Assembly (NCBI RefSeq): GCF_006345805.1
Contig: NC_043005.1
Location: 82,708,001-82,772,000 of the forward strand
Origin: Octopus sinensis
Taxonomy: Eukaryota
Reading direction: 5' to 3'
Length of the DNA stretch: 64,000 nucleotides
Shown here: one piece after another, positions 39,773-53,370 of the stretch
How the letters are laid out: every line of letters begins with the position of its first letter
Position numbering within the stretch: position 1 is the stretch's first letter
The notes under the pieces: generated by a model
What the model was told of the DNA's origin: nothing
The model's input: the letters and a program-made list of their open reading frames with translations, nothing else
The model's database searches: none
Translations under genes and position numbers: made by a program

Positions 39773-40281
39773 TATATATATAATATATTATATATATATA
39801 TATATGTGTGTGTGTGGGTTGTTGTATTTATGTAGGACTATATATTGTATGTTCTTAGTATATTCTTAGCATATTTATATATTCATATTTTATTGCATTT
39901 TAATAGATTTTAAGTGTGTATATATATATATATATAAGATAACAAAAGAAAGAAAGACACCTCAATATTATGTAAATTGAGGAAATGTATCTGTAAAATA
40001 ATATGTGACAATTATTCAATAGCCAAGATAAAACTCTGAATTTCGGATGCCGAGATGGAAATCCACAACACCATCTCTTCGGTTTAATGGCTATTGAATA
40101 ATTGTCACATATTATTTTACAGATATATTGTATGTACGTATGTATGTATATATATTTAGTACGTGATTTTGTGCACATAATAATTTTACAATATATCTTA
40201 GTAACTTGTCTTTGTCTCTCATCATTAATTTCCCTATTTTCTCAGGGCTCAAATATACTGAGAAACATTTTATTTCTAGAA

Positions 40282-40313
<32 letters not shown>

Positions 40314-42147
40314 TTACATATGTGTGTGCGTGCATGACTCTGTGTGTGCGCATGTATTCCATTTTGTTTGGAATATTGACACTTAAACTGTAAATAATAG
40401 CATGTAAATATTAGGTTGAGAAACTATTATGGATAGAAAATGATGAAGCCTGCCTTCAACTTTTTCTAAGTAAACGGATTTGTCAATCCAATCTTTATAT
40501 TCTATTATTTATGGCTTTATGTGATGTTCCTCAACATCTACTATTCCAAAACAGGATTATTTCACGTTGTCTCTAAAATTTATAAATTCTTATACACACG
40601 CACCCTCATCAGATTGCACAACAGTTTCGATGCGTTCGTATTCAACGTCCATTATTTTGTGATTTTACTCTACATCACAACGGGTAGAGGAATTTCTTGT
40701 CAGAAAAATATTCTTAAACAGCGCTTACGGTTATCGGCTACCATATGCTATCGTACAGCAATATAACACATTTTACTGGATATATATATGTATATATACG
40801 TATGTATATTTAGCAGTGTAGAACAACTCTGTTGAACGATTTTTGAGAGATGGCGCTGGGTCTAAGTTTAAATGAAGTACAATTACTCTGTTAATATGAA
40901 ACTGTTTTCGTTATTAGTGAACAAAATATTTTTTAATTACGATTGCTGAATACATTTCTGCAACACGAATATTATTGTAAGTCAAATTAACTAACATTAA
41001 TTAATTATACTGTGGTACATCTAAGTAATACAGAATTGATATTGCCCTTTTCTGAATTCACATATGCTATTAAATATCAAACTGGTTTCATATATTGCAC
41101 TTTTATCACCATATATATCCCTGGTAATTGTCATTTTTGCATTCTTGAAGGTGATCACATGTTAATAGAAACACAGACGTTTCTAAGATTTTTTTGTTGT
41201 TCTTGAAAAGCCAATTGCATATTTAGCGATAATGTTTATAATAAATAATTACAATATTTGGGTCTAATAAATATAAAGCATACACACGCGAGCGAGAGAA
41301 TATACCTATGTTTGTGTGAGAGTCAAGAGTTTATGTGTTTGTGCGTATGTGTATGCGTGCGTGCACAATAGACAGCTTTTATTCTTGACACATTAAACTT
41401 AAACTTTTGTTTTTTGTTGCATTATTATCAACCCTCTTGGTTGTGTTTCATTCTGTCTCCTTTCCCCTCCCTTTATCTCCCTTTTGTCTCCCTCTCCCTT
41501 TATCTCTCTCTCTCCCTCTCTCTCTAGCTTTATGTCTCTCGTTCTGTCTCTCCCATATTACTTTTCTTTTACATTTCTTCTGTCTTGTATTCTATATGCA
41601 TCATGCATTGTCCAATGTTCTTCCTTGAAGCATATGAAAACGTATTATTCCGTTATTAACCTGCTAGAAAAGTGACAAGCCTCTTTTGAACTATGGGTAA
41701 TCATCGCGTCTTTTATATTCACATATGTTTCTGCTGTGATTGTTAGCCATCTTCGGCTGCCAAAAGACTTTCTCAATTACAGGCACGTTCATATCACTTT
41801 AGTTCTACCATTTCATTTAGAAAAAAGTATCGAGTGCAACATGCTAAACAAAATCATTATTACACATTAGCATCAATCTTAATTATATCTAAACTCCTCG
41901 TTTACTGTTTTCATCACACCTGTCTTCGACCATTTTTGTGCAAATAATTATCTTAATAGAATGTTTAGGAGAGCATCTAATGTGCTCTGTGCCAAACCAA
42001 CGATAATGGTATATTTATCCAGAGAAGTCTAATTAGACTGACAGCTATCAACGAGAATCTTAATTATGTTATGTCTTGCTCACCACTCAATGGATCGATG
42101 TCGTTGGAAACAGCTTCCATGTACTACTTTTCATATACGAAGCAACA

Positions 42148-42214
<67 letters not shown>

Positions 42215-42324
42215 AGAGAAATAGAGAGAAAAAGAGATACAGACATACTTTGCGTCCGTTCGTACCTAGATACATTCATACACATATATATGCATGTATG
42301 CTCATACACGCACGCACGTATAAC

Positions 42325-42700
42325 TTACTTGTCTCGATTATTGGACGTGGTCGTACTGGGGGCACGTCCTTAAAGGGTTTAGCCGAATGAATTAGCTATG
42401 TGGAGCATATTCTATCGATATCTTCGATCGAGCCGCTAGTTTATAAGAACATAAACAAGCCAACACAGGGTGTCAAGGAAACGTGGGATAGAAAGAAGAC
42501 ACAAAGCTACACGCACACACATCTATAACAATAGATGTGTGTGTGTGTCTGCCCATGTTTGTCTGATTGATAGCTAAATTTCTTCAGTTTCCGTCTACAA
42601 AAATGACTGTTATGGCATATGGCATTGGTTGGTTTCGTATTATGGTAGAAGACACTTGTTCAAGGCTCCATGCAGTGGGACATGTATCTGCATAACGGAG
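42325..42700 (-). mobile_element. Old, decayed SINE family A copy
   Basis: TTCAGTTTCCGTCTAC..GTAGAAGACACTTG..GCAGTGGGA remnants. Other decayed copies at about 19800-19990, 21210-21330, 45546-45605 and 47215-47370. Confidence 0.65.
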
Positions 42701-42791
42701 AAATTGAGTTCTCAGTGAACGTATAAAAAGTGCGAGAAAATTTATTGCAGCTCTCAAAGCTACAGTTGAAATGCTGGGGACGTCCACACCG

Positions 42792-43021
42792 CCGCCTGAG
42801 CTGGCAGAAACGTTAGCACGCCGGTCGAAATGCGTAGCCGTATTTCGTCTGCCCTTACGTGTTGAATTCAAATTCCGCCGAGGTCGACTTTGCCTTTCAT
42901 CCTTTAGGGGTTGATTAAATAAGAACCAGTTACGCACTGGGGTCGATGTAATCGACTTAATCCGTTTGTCTGTCCTTGTTTGTCCCCTCTGTGTTTAGCC
43001 CCTTGTGGGTAATAAAGAAAT
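42792..43021 (+). mobile_element. SINE family B (Meta-domain type), near full length
   Basis: GAGCTGGCAGAAACGTTAGCACGCCGG..GAATTCAAATTCC (B-box-like)..GCCTTTCATCCTTTAGGGGTTGATTAAATAAGAACCAG (Meta-like core)..TTGTGGGTAATAAAGAAAT. Confidence 0.88.
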
Positions 43022-43203
43022 ATATATCGTTTTCGGATGTGTAAGGTACATAGCAAATCTCATCGTATATGTACAAGAAAAAACGTGCCAAAACATGTTT
43101 CAACAAAGATATTCAGCATAGAGTATGTTTTTGAATATGCAAACGCCCCTGATATGTCCATACTTATACTATACACATACACATAAATAGGTTTTTATGT
43201 ATG

Positions 43204-43240
<37 letters not shown>

Positions 43241-43244
<4 letters not shown>

Positions 43245-43426
43245 CTTTACTACCCACAAGGGGCTAAACACAGAGGGGACAAGCAAGGGCAGACAAAGGG
43301 ATTAAGTCGATTATATCGACCCCAGTGCGTAACTGGTACTTATTTAATCGACCCCGAAAGGATGAAAGGCAAAGTCGACCTCGGCAGAATTTGAACCCAG
43401 TACGTAGCGGCAGAAGAAATACCGCT
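43241..43426 (-). mobile_element. SINE family B, 5'-truncated, inverted relative to 42792-43021
   Basis: Its reverse complement aligns to 42834-43021. Confidence 0.88.
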
Positions 43427-43448
43427 ATATATATATATATATATATAT

Positions 43449-43481
<33 letters not shown>

Positions 43482-44474
43482 ATACAGACATGCACACGCG
43501 CGTACACATGCACGCGCACACACATATAGCTTCAAGCACGTTATACACAAGTCCGTTTTTATTCATCTCATCTGTCTGTGCACATACAGCTATATTAACC
43601 CGTACACTTGTCTATGCGTACACACACACATGAAAACCTGTTAATACTAAAATATACATGCACATACCTATGAATGCAATATAGGATCGTGAAGGCTCCA
43701 ATTAAAATATTCGCAAAAGCAAGTGCGCAGTGTAGCCTTCATTAAAATGAAAGAAATCTTTCAATAAACACACACAAGTATTAAAAACTTGAATTTGGAC
43801 ATTTTCGGAGTTTAATTGTGCCTGCATGAATCATACATAGAATAGATGGAAGTGAAAGAGTCTATAACAGAACAGATTTATCATCGGATGTATTTATGAA
43901 AAGGTGCGATTATTAGGCTTAATGTATGTAAAATCCTTGGTGTTATCGCTATTTTGCACGATTCTGTTCCCAGTCCTTAAGCATGTAATATATTTTGAGG
44001 ATATTTACCCAGATGAGTCATCATCGAGAGACAGCTAAAGTATATCTATATAATAAAATTATTGTCACATCGCTAGCTTCTTTGAAAACACCAACATTCT
44101 ATTTCAAACAAGTCTGTTATACGTGTATAGTTATTTGGTTACTGGTAAGAGTGATTTGGCCATCGAGGCAAGGTGCTATGTGTGATAATAGAAAGATTGA
44201 TATCTATTTTAATATTAGCATTCGCATTTTCTTCTGCATTATTGCATATATCTGTTTATCTCGGCATATGTATATATATATAATATATATATGCGTATGT
44301 GTGCATATGTATGTACAGTGGGGTCTCTATATATGACTTAATCCGTCGGAGAGCTGTTTGTTCACCAAATTGTCGTTCTTTGAGTAATTAAAATACACTC
44401 CATACCCGAACTCCAATGAAAAGCATGAAATGATGTTTTATTTGTCCATCCATCATAGCAAATACATAAACACA

Positions 44475-44526
<52 letters not shown>

Positions 44527-44841
44527 TGTGTGTGTGCGTTTTCCTATTTGTCTTGTTTTTGGCAATCGATGGATTTTAGCAAAAAATGTATGTGAAATAT
44601 TATTTTCTCTAAAATATACCGGAATTTGCTTCATACTTGAAATGCTTACAATGATGTGAACGAGTCGTTCCTACACACACACACACATTCTCTCGCCCCT
44701 CTCGCTATCTCTCTCTCCCAGCCACTTATATGAGTGCTTAGCAACTTGTTCAAATTACAAAATTCAATCTCGTTTGCTGAATGTAAGTTTCTTCAGAATA
44801 ACCGTTCGTATACGGGTAACCCCGTAATATATGTATATGTG

Positions 44842-44948
<107 letters not shown>

Positions 44949-44980
44949 CATATATATATATGTGTAAATATATATAGATG

Positions 44981-45027
<47 letters not shown>

Positions 45028-45499
45028 CATACATATATATATGTGTGTAAATATATATAGATGTATATATATATATATATATATACTCATGTATATACAC
45101 ATGTATACACATATATATATACGTGTATATATATACATATATACGTGTGTATATATATATGCATACATATAGATTCATATACACACATACATATATATAT
45201 TTCTATATATATATATATATATTTCTGTGTGTGTGTATGTGTGTGTATGCATATACACACACCATCAAAGCTCTGGACATTTTGCGTTTGTATTATATAG
45301 AGGTACATAGGTGTGATGCGCCAATTTGGCAGTGGATGCAGCCCATTTTCTTCTTAGTAAACTACAAACCTATGAAAGGATCACTCTGCTCGTTAAGAAA
45401 ACCTTTTGACCTATTCGGAAATCGAACACGTGTCCTTCGATCGTGAGTTAAATTGTGTCACCACTAAGCGACGATTATTGATACACTTGTATACACATA

Positions 45500-45542
<43 letters not shown>

Positions 45543-45604
45543 CAGCGGTGGTGCCCCAGCATGGCTGCGGCCTTCGGGCTAAAACATTTTTAAGGATTTT
45601 AAGG

Positions 45605-45732
<128 letters not shown>

Positions 45733-45753
45733 GTATATGTATATGTATATGTA

Positions 45754-45789
<36 letters not shown>

Positions 45790-46824
45790 TGTATGTATGT
45801 GTGTGTATGTATATTAATTTATATATGTATATAAATCGAGTTTTGTGTGTATGTGTGTATGCGTCATATATGCATATAGAAAACGATATTGATCTTAAAT
45901 ATACTTATAGAAATGATAATCAATGGAGAGATTGATCAAATGTTTGATTGTTGTATTATAGTTTTCTTTTCCCATTTATGTTCCTTGGTTAAATAAACCA
46001 TTTGTTCGTAATAAAAATAACAAATCTCGACTATTATAAATGTTTGTTCTATGTAATTACATCACACTATCGGCATTCATAAAGGAAGAAGAAACAAACA
46101 AAAATGATCAGAAATCGAGTCATATAAAAGTGTATAAATAAGTAGATTTCTACATATTTATATAAAATAAATATGAGAGAATGTTTAGTGCCTAGACTAA
46201 ACTAACTCCTGATCGATTTTCAGCTCATAACCCCCCGTTTCGTGTCCTCTTGTTTCTAAGTAGTAAAATGCTTTACTTCATTTTGTAAGAACGCAATCGG
46301 TTATGAATCGGTAATCGTTGTGATTATACGAAAAATATAGAGAAATCCGTCGAACTATCCGATCAAAGTCGATGGTGAACGATAGACCTTACACTAATGA
46401 ATGGAGAAAATAAAAACACTAAAAGATAAGTAAATATTTTATATTCTAGATACATAGGTACGAAATTATTTCAGTATTGATATATTTCAAACATTACTGC
46501 GGCATATAATCAATCAATTAATTTACTATTCCATGATCGGCTATATCCACCAACAAGTATTCCATTTCCTTTATAAAAAAAAATACAAAAAACTGTGGAA
46601 TGGTAATTTGGGACATTCATGATTACTCCCGGAGAATTTTGCTATAGGTTCACCCGAAAGTTGAACGCAGGATATTATTCATGTAAAAGTCATAAAGATT
46701 CGGCACATATATATTAACCTGACGCAAGCACACACACACACACGTGTCCTGTCCTTTACCGTTTATATTTAATTTGATTTTCGCGGGAAGGAAATTTTCA
46801 TTGAAGTCATGTATCGCCTTGACC

Positions 46825-47060
46825 TTCGAAACGTGGAGTAGATGAATCTAAGGCGACTGAAGAAGGGGAATTTTCCTTGTTTTGTATGTCCTGTACTCTA
46901 TTTTTCGTTGTTTAAAAAAATGTCAATTTCCTTGGTTTTGTGTTTATGTTTTCGTTTCTCATTGTGTTCGACGTTTTTTTGGTGTCCTGTACCCATATAT
47001 GCATGTATATATACATGTAGAGGCAGGTACGTACATATATGTATGTATATATGCATATCT
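46825..47060 (+). repeat. Dispersed repeat, related copies at 15160-15310 (-) and 56225-56340 (+)
   Basis: Shared CTGAWGAAGGG...GTTTCTCATT...GTCCTGTACCCATATATGCATGT motifs. Class uncertain (possibly PLE-derived). Confidence 0.6.
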
Positions 47061-48873
47061 TTTATTTATCTATTAATTTATTATATGACGGACCGCACGC
47101 ATCCTTTTCTAAGTTATATATATATAACTATAAATAAGGGTATCTGAGAGACACCACCATGCCGAAATAGCAGTGTGTGTGTGTGTGTGTGTATCTAATT
47201 ATTAATTTAATGTATAAATTCCATCTACTAAATTCCCTTACAATGCATTAACCGTCCTGGGTCTATAGTTCAATGCCGTTGCCCAAGATTCCATGTTGGA
47301 ACGTTGGAGCTGATCCAGGCACTTTGTGAATGCGAAACGAATTTCTTAAATGCACAGATATGACTGCTGGAATTTTTGTACAATGTTGATCTACCTATAT
47401 GAAACGAACGGCTGTACAATAACAGTCTCCACGTCCCATTGGGTCAACAGGCGTATTATAACATTAACTTCTTCGGAGACAGCAAGATGATAACGTTCAA
47501 AATATGTTGCTCTTTAGAATGAGAAATGCGACGAATTGGCAGATTCTATAGTGCATCGAATAACGTGCCTCAGTGTATCTTTCCAAATGCCGCCAAGGTT
47601 AAAATTATATTTTATCCTTACAGCTTCAATAGTTAAAATAACTTATTAATTACTGAAATCAACTCCCTCTCTGTCGCGCACTCTCTCTCTCTCTCCTTCA
47701 CTCTCTCCCTCTGTCTAACTCTTTCCTTCACCCTGTCTTTCTTTCTCATCCTCTCTTTCTCTCTCTCTATCTCTCTCTCCTTCTCTCCATCCCTCTTCCA
47801 TTCTAGATACGAACGTGGAACTTGCTAAGCTATTACGGAAGACACTGTGAAGAAAGAGTGATTTCCATCAACTGTCAAATTCAGGAAATGAAGTGGTTTA
47901 GCAAAGTCATATTTGGTTATTTCACTCTATTTCAAGCAAAAATGCCATACTTGGATAGCACTCTGCTAAACACGTATATGAGAATGTAGAGCGAGATGGT
48001 TAAGCAATGGAATAAACAAGGAGAAAAAAGTTGGAAATATAAAACTGAATGACGATCAGGAAAGAGTGACGGTGCACGTTCAATCACGTGCACCTGTCTG
48101 GAATCTATGCATTTTGATTTATTTCAAGTGTTACGAAACATACCTGTGCATAATATTAGTATATGCAGGTTACTTTCCATCAAGTTTTCTCTGAAGCGGT
48201 TCGGTTGCTTATGAGAACTTTAGGAAATATATAGGTATGGGCAAAAGTAGTTATACAGTTGCTAAATATGTGTCTAATGTTCTTTTCATATCTCTTTTTC
48301 TTTTTTAGAATAAGAATGAAAAGAACATTCCACTCATATGAAGCAACAACGTTTACCCACCACTGTATATTAGTTCAACGATATGGCAGGACGCTGGTCT
48401 TTTGAAGAACTGGATTATGGTACAATTTGTACAGCATTTTGTTTCGCAAATACTGACTGGGTGATAACATACCTCACTCAAAATATTACTAAATTAACTG
48501 CAACATTATTTCGTAGTTTCAACTGAGGTTGAGCTTATCAATATAATTACTTTTTGTCAAAGCCTCCATTGAATTTCAGGACATGGCATATTTTTAATAC
48601 CAATAGAATGTATTTTCTCAATAGACCAGCCAAATATCCAAACACATCTATCCTATTCGTACAAGTGCTACAAATGCATTGTGGTATATTGTTTTGAATG
48701 AGAAAGGTTTATGAGCCAACGTATTCTTTAAAGTCTGATTTAATATTCTTTGATCACTCTCTCGCTCCTTTAAACTGCATGCATTTGTTCACAACATCCT
48801 TATGCGATACAGAGTGAATGGCTGATGTTTAACAAGAAACTAAAGACAGAAGCTAATATGTGTGTCCCTCTGG

Positions 48874-49383
48874 TATCTCACTATGCTCCAAGATGAGATC
48901 TAGCCAGTTATCAGTGCTTGGGAGAGTAGTGAAGAGTTGATTTTCATGCCAAATAGTACCCCTCCGCATGTTACTCTTGTCCTTGGCGAATGGCTGAATG
49001 TTCACTTCCCTGGGAGATGGATAGGTCATTGTGGTCCACATGAGTAGCCAACCAGCAGTCCTGACTTGACACCCTGTGATTTCTTTCTTTGTGGTTGGTT
49101 AAAGGAACAAATCGACTGTACTAGGCGAAAGACCTTGGAAAAAATTGAAGGGCTAATATGGGGAGTTATGTCTTCCAACTCACAAGAGTTCCTGATTAAA
49201 TCAGTTGACGCAATTCCTAGGTGACTCAAGGAGCTGGTGGCGACATCTGAAGCCCATATCGAATTTTAAATAAAACCTCATGCTTTGCGCTTTCCTTTTG
49301 TATCCATTGTTTTGTAAAAATTACAATTAATAAATAATTTATAAGTATTTTCAAATCGGGGATTACTTTTCAGTCACCCTGTA
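48874..49383 (+). mobile_element. DD41D (rosa-type) Tc1/mariner 3' remnant with right TIR and TA
   Basis: One frame 48874-49269: YLTMLQDEI*PVISAW..LIFMPNSTPPH..WLNVHFPGRWIGHCGPHE*PTSSPDLTPCDFFLCGWLKE..HIEF*. 41 residues separate the second catalytic position from the last D. The end reads GGGGATTACTTTTCAGTCACCCTG|TA. Confidence 0.85.
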
Positions 49384-49607
49384 TATTCACTTTGTAAGAC
49401 GTTCAAATAGTATAAACACTGCTTTTGGCCAAATTCAGTGTGTATTCGGCTGACTGAAAATGTGCTATTAAATACAATTAATATATCCAGCATTATATAT
49501 ATTTCTGAGTTTAAATTATTGCATCAGTTCAAAAATGTATGTATATGCTTGTTGTTAAATTTAAATACGCACACAGACAAACACTTACACGCAGAGACTC
49601 ACAATTT

Positions 49608-49680
<73 letters not shown>

Positions 49681-50693
49681 CTTTCTTTATTGGCCACACA
49701 GGGCTGAAAACAAAGGGGACAAACACATATGTAGAGCTTTTCTTTTCGAAAATGAAAAAGGAAAAGGGAAAAATTGAGAAAAAAGGTAAAATTCCGATCA
49801 AAAGGGATCGGGAGAAAAAAAAAGCGATCAAAAGGGATCGCGTATCACAGAAGAATTTTTAAAATGTAAAAAGCAAGATTAGGTTTATCCGTGGAAAGAA
49901 AAGCCTACGGAAAAGACCACGGTAACCTCAGGCAGGGAGGGAATAACACATGAGAGCAAAGTCCTCTCTCTCCCTCTTTTTTCGATTTACAGGATCATGC
50001 TCAAAGAGGTATCGTCACTCGCACGCACCATCTTTGCTACATTCAACGACCTTTTTTTGAAATTTTCACGAGACAAAACCTGCCTCTCCATTCTCACCTC
50101 TCGGCTAACAACTTGACCAAAAGTCCGAAAGTTCTTTGTTCTTCACCTCACAGTCTTCTCCCAGAAGGTTTTTGTATAGTTTTTTGGACTGGTATTTTTG
50201 AACTCTCCCAGTGTTATGTGTATGATTTTAATGTGTTGTGGTGGTGTTATGCGTGGGTAATTCTTTGTTTTGGTATCCTTTTCTGTTATGTTGGTATTTG
50301 ATCTAATGAATTCCATTAGGTCCGTGTTGTTGGTGTTTATAGCTGTCAACATTGTTTTGGGGTTTGGTGTGAGTGTGTTTGTGTTGATGCGTTTGTTTTC
50401 TGCGGGTGTTTTAGTTTCGGGAGTGGCAAACCTCCCTACTTTGTCTACTTTTCTATTCTTTTTTTACCCCGTTTTTCTTCTTTCCCCTGTTGCCACTTGC
50501 CAATCTTCTGTGTCGTCTTTATCTGACGACATGTGGGAGGGGAAGTATATTGGGGTCTATTTCTGAGTGTGTTGACTTTGTTGTTGGTGTTGGTGCTGGT
50601 TGGTGACAGTCGGGGTGTGGTGTATGGGTTTTGGATGTAGGGTATGAGTGTTTTTGGTTTTCTCGTCCTCTTTTGAAGTTGTTGCTGTTATTG

Positions 50694-50725
<32 letters not shown>

Positions 50726-51005
50726 GGTGGTGGTGGTGGTGATGATGGTGTTGTTTCTATTATTGGTGGCGCTGGTGGTGGTGGTGTTGTTTGTTTGGGC
50801 AGACTTGTTGGTTGCTGATATTCCTTCATTTGTTTGTAGAGCTGTTGTGCATATGGCGGTGTGGGTAGCGGTGCTGGTTTTTTGCACGGTGTTTGGTTTT
50901 CATGATCTTGCTGTTGTTGTTTCTATGCTAGTGGGCAGTTAATTTGTAAATGTGCTTTGCTACCACAAACGTAGCAACGTGGTTTTCTGCCTTCGACGGC
51001 CGTAG
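49681..51005 (-). mobile_element. Tx1/L1-like LINE remnants: ORF1 CCHC knuckle and low-complexity tail joined to the ORF2 C-terminus and 3' UTR
   Basis: AVEGRKPRCYVCGSKAHLQINCP (CX2CX4HX4C at 50935-50976), then a T/N/P-rich region, then REVRMERQVLSRENFKKRSLNVAKMVR..SMIL* (stop at 49987-49989). The 3' UTR ends AATAAAGAAAG and abuts (TATC)n. Confidence 0.65.
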
Positions 51006-52046
51006 ACATATTCAATTATAACGTAATTATATATTTAAAAAAAAAAAAGTTTGCGTCGTTTTTATGAGTACATGGAGTTATAAGTAAGGATGACACGAAG
51101 TGCTTAGATTTTAGTCTTATTTAAGAAGTATAATGCATTAGCCATTAAGTGAGGAGGATTTGCTATTATGATGAAGGGGCTTAGAGGATGGGGATAATTA
51201 TATATTACCAAGGACAGAAAATAACCTTCTGAGGACTAGCATATGTCGTGGCTGATGCGTGAAAATACAAACCGCTTATGTGTATTATTCATTGAAGAAT
51301 GTCTGTGAATGAAAAGTTGCCAATACATATAGCCTTCAATTTTGGTTGTTTCGTGATTATAAGTAGTCATTTGTTATTGATCATCTCTTCGAATTTCATA
51401 AAAATATCGATGCTCGACTTACTAATTGACCATTACTTAAAATTCCCTACGCAGCACCGAATAAAGTTGAGTTAAAATTATGAACCATGAGCTTGTAGAC
51501 TAGCGTTCCTGGTATTCAAAGTGACGAAAACTGTCATATATCTCACCCCGCAATTATATATATATACACACACATATACACACAGTGAGAGAAATTAAAA
51601 AATATATATGTGTATGTATGTATATGTATACTTTCAAAAGTGTTCACATTTCAATGCATAAAGCGGAACACCATTTTCTGTTGAAAAGAATTAATATATC
51701 TGTTATTGATTTTTCAAGCAACAATGCGTAATTTTATAATAATGTACAAAAAATTTATATTCCAAACTCTAAATATAATGATTAAGCAACGTGTCCCTTA
51801 TTTGATAGATACAATGTATCATTAACAAGCTTGTTTGTAATGGAGGTCCACACACGCAGACACACACCCATACACACACACACATATATACGTATAAAAA
51901 CATAGATGCATAAAAATTTATGCATACATACCTATATACAAATTTGTATATATATACCGGAGTAAGCACATAAATGTGAAACAAAATGGAAAAAAGAGTA
52001 CTCAAATACCAGAAGTAGAGTAATGCTTTATTAAAAAGCAGCAGAA

Positions 52047-52085
<39 letters not shown>

Positions 52086-52093
52086 GTGTGTGT

Positions 52094-52755
<662 letters not shown>

Positions 52756-52758
52756 ATG

Positions 52759-52828
<70 letters not shown>

Positions 52829-53159
52829 TACATATACATATATATATATATATACACACATCCATACATATATACACATGTATAATTTGTATGTATTGTT
52901 GCAAATATATATACTTGTGTGTGTGTGTGTGTGGTGTGTGTGTGTGTGGTGTGTGTGTGTGTGTGGTGTGTGTGTGTGTGTATGTGCGTGTGTGTGTGCG
53001 CGTGCGTGCGTGTGTAATATGCACTTGTTCATATCTCATCATAATGAAGAAAAATTGTAAGCTTGAAGAGATTCGATATATACGATTTCTCAGAAGACAC
53101 AAGACGCCAGATCTGCCTGTTTATCTATCTCTCAATTTATCTATCTGTCTATCTATCTT

Positions 53160-53258
<99 letters not shown>

Positions 53259-53336
53259 ATCTATCTATACGTGCGTAAGTGTGAGTATGTGCGTGTGTGT
53301 GTGCCTACCAAATCCATTCTATAGGTATGTATGTAT

Positions 53337-53370
<34 letters not shown>

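Noticed and set aside
43085-43120. CUGAAUA..GAAAC AU GUU on the minus strand
   Set aside because: Core mismatch and no stem I or II pairing.
46822-46870. GAAAC...CTGAAGA as a permuted (type II) hammerhead
   Set aside because: The triplet would be GUG and stem I does not close next to the core.
48231-48366. Small Tc1-like MITE
   Set aside because: The putative TIRs match too poorly to support a call.
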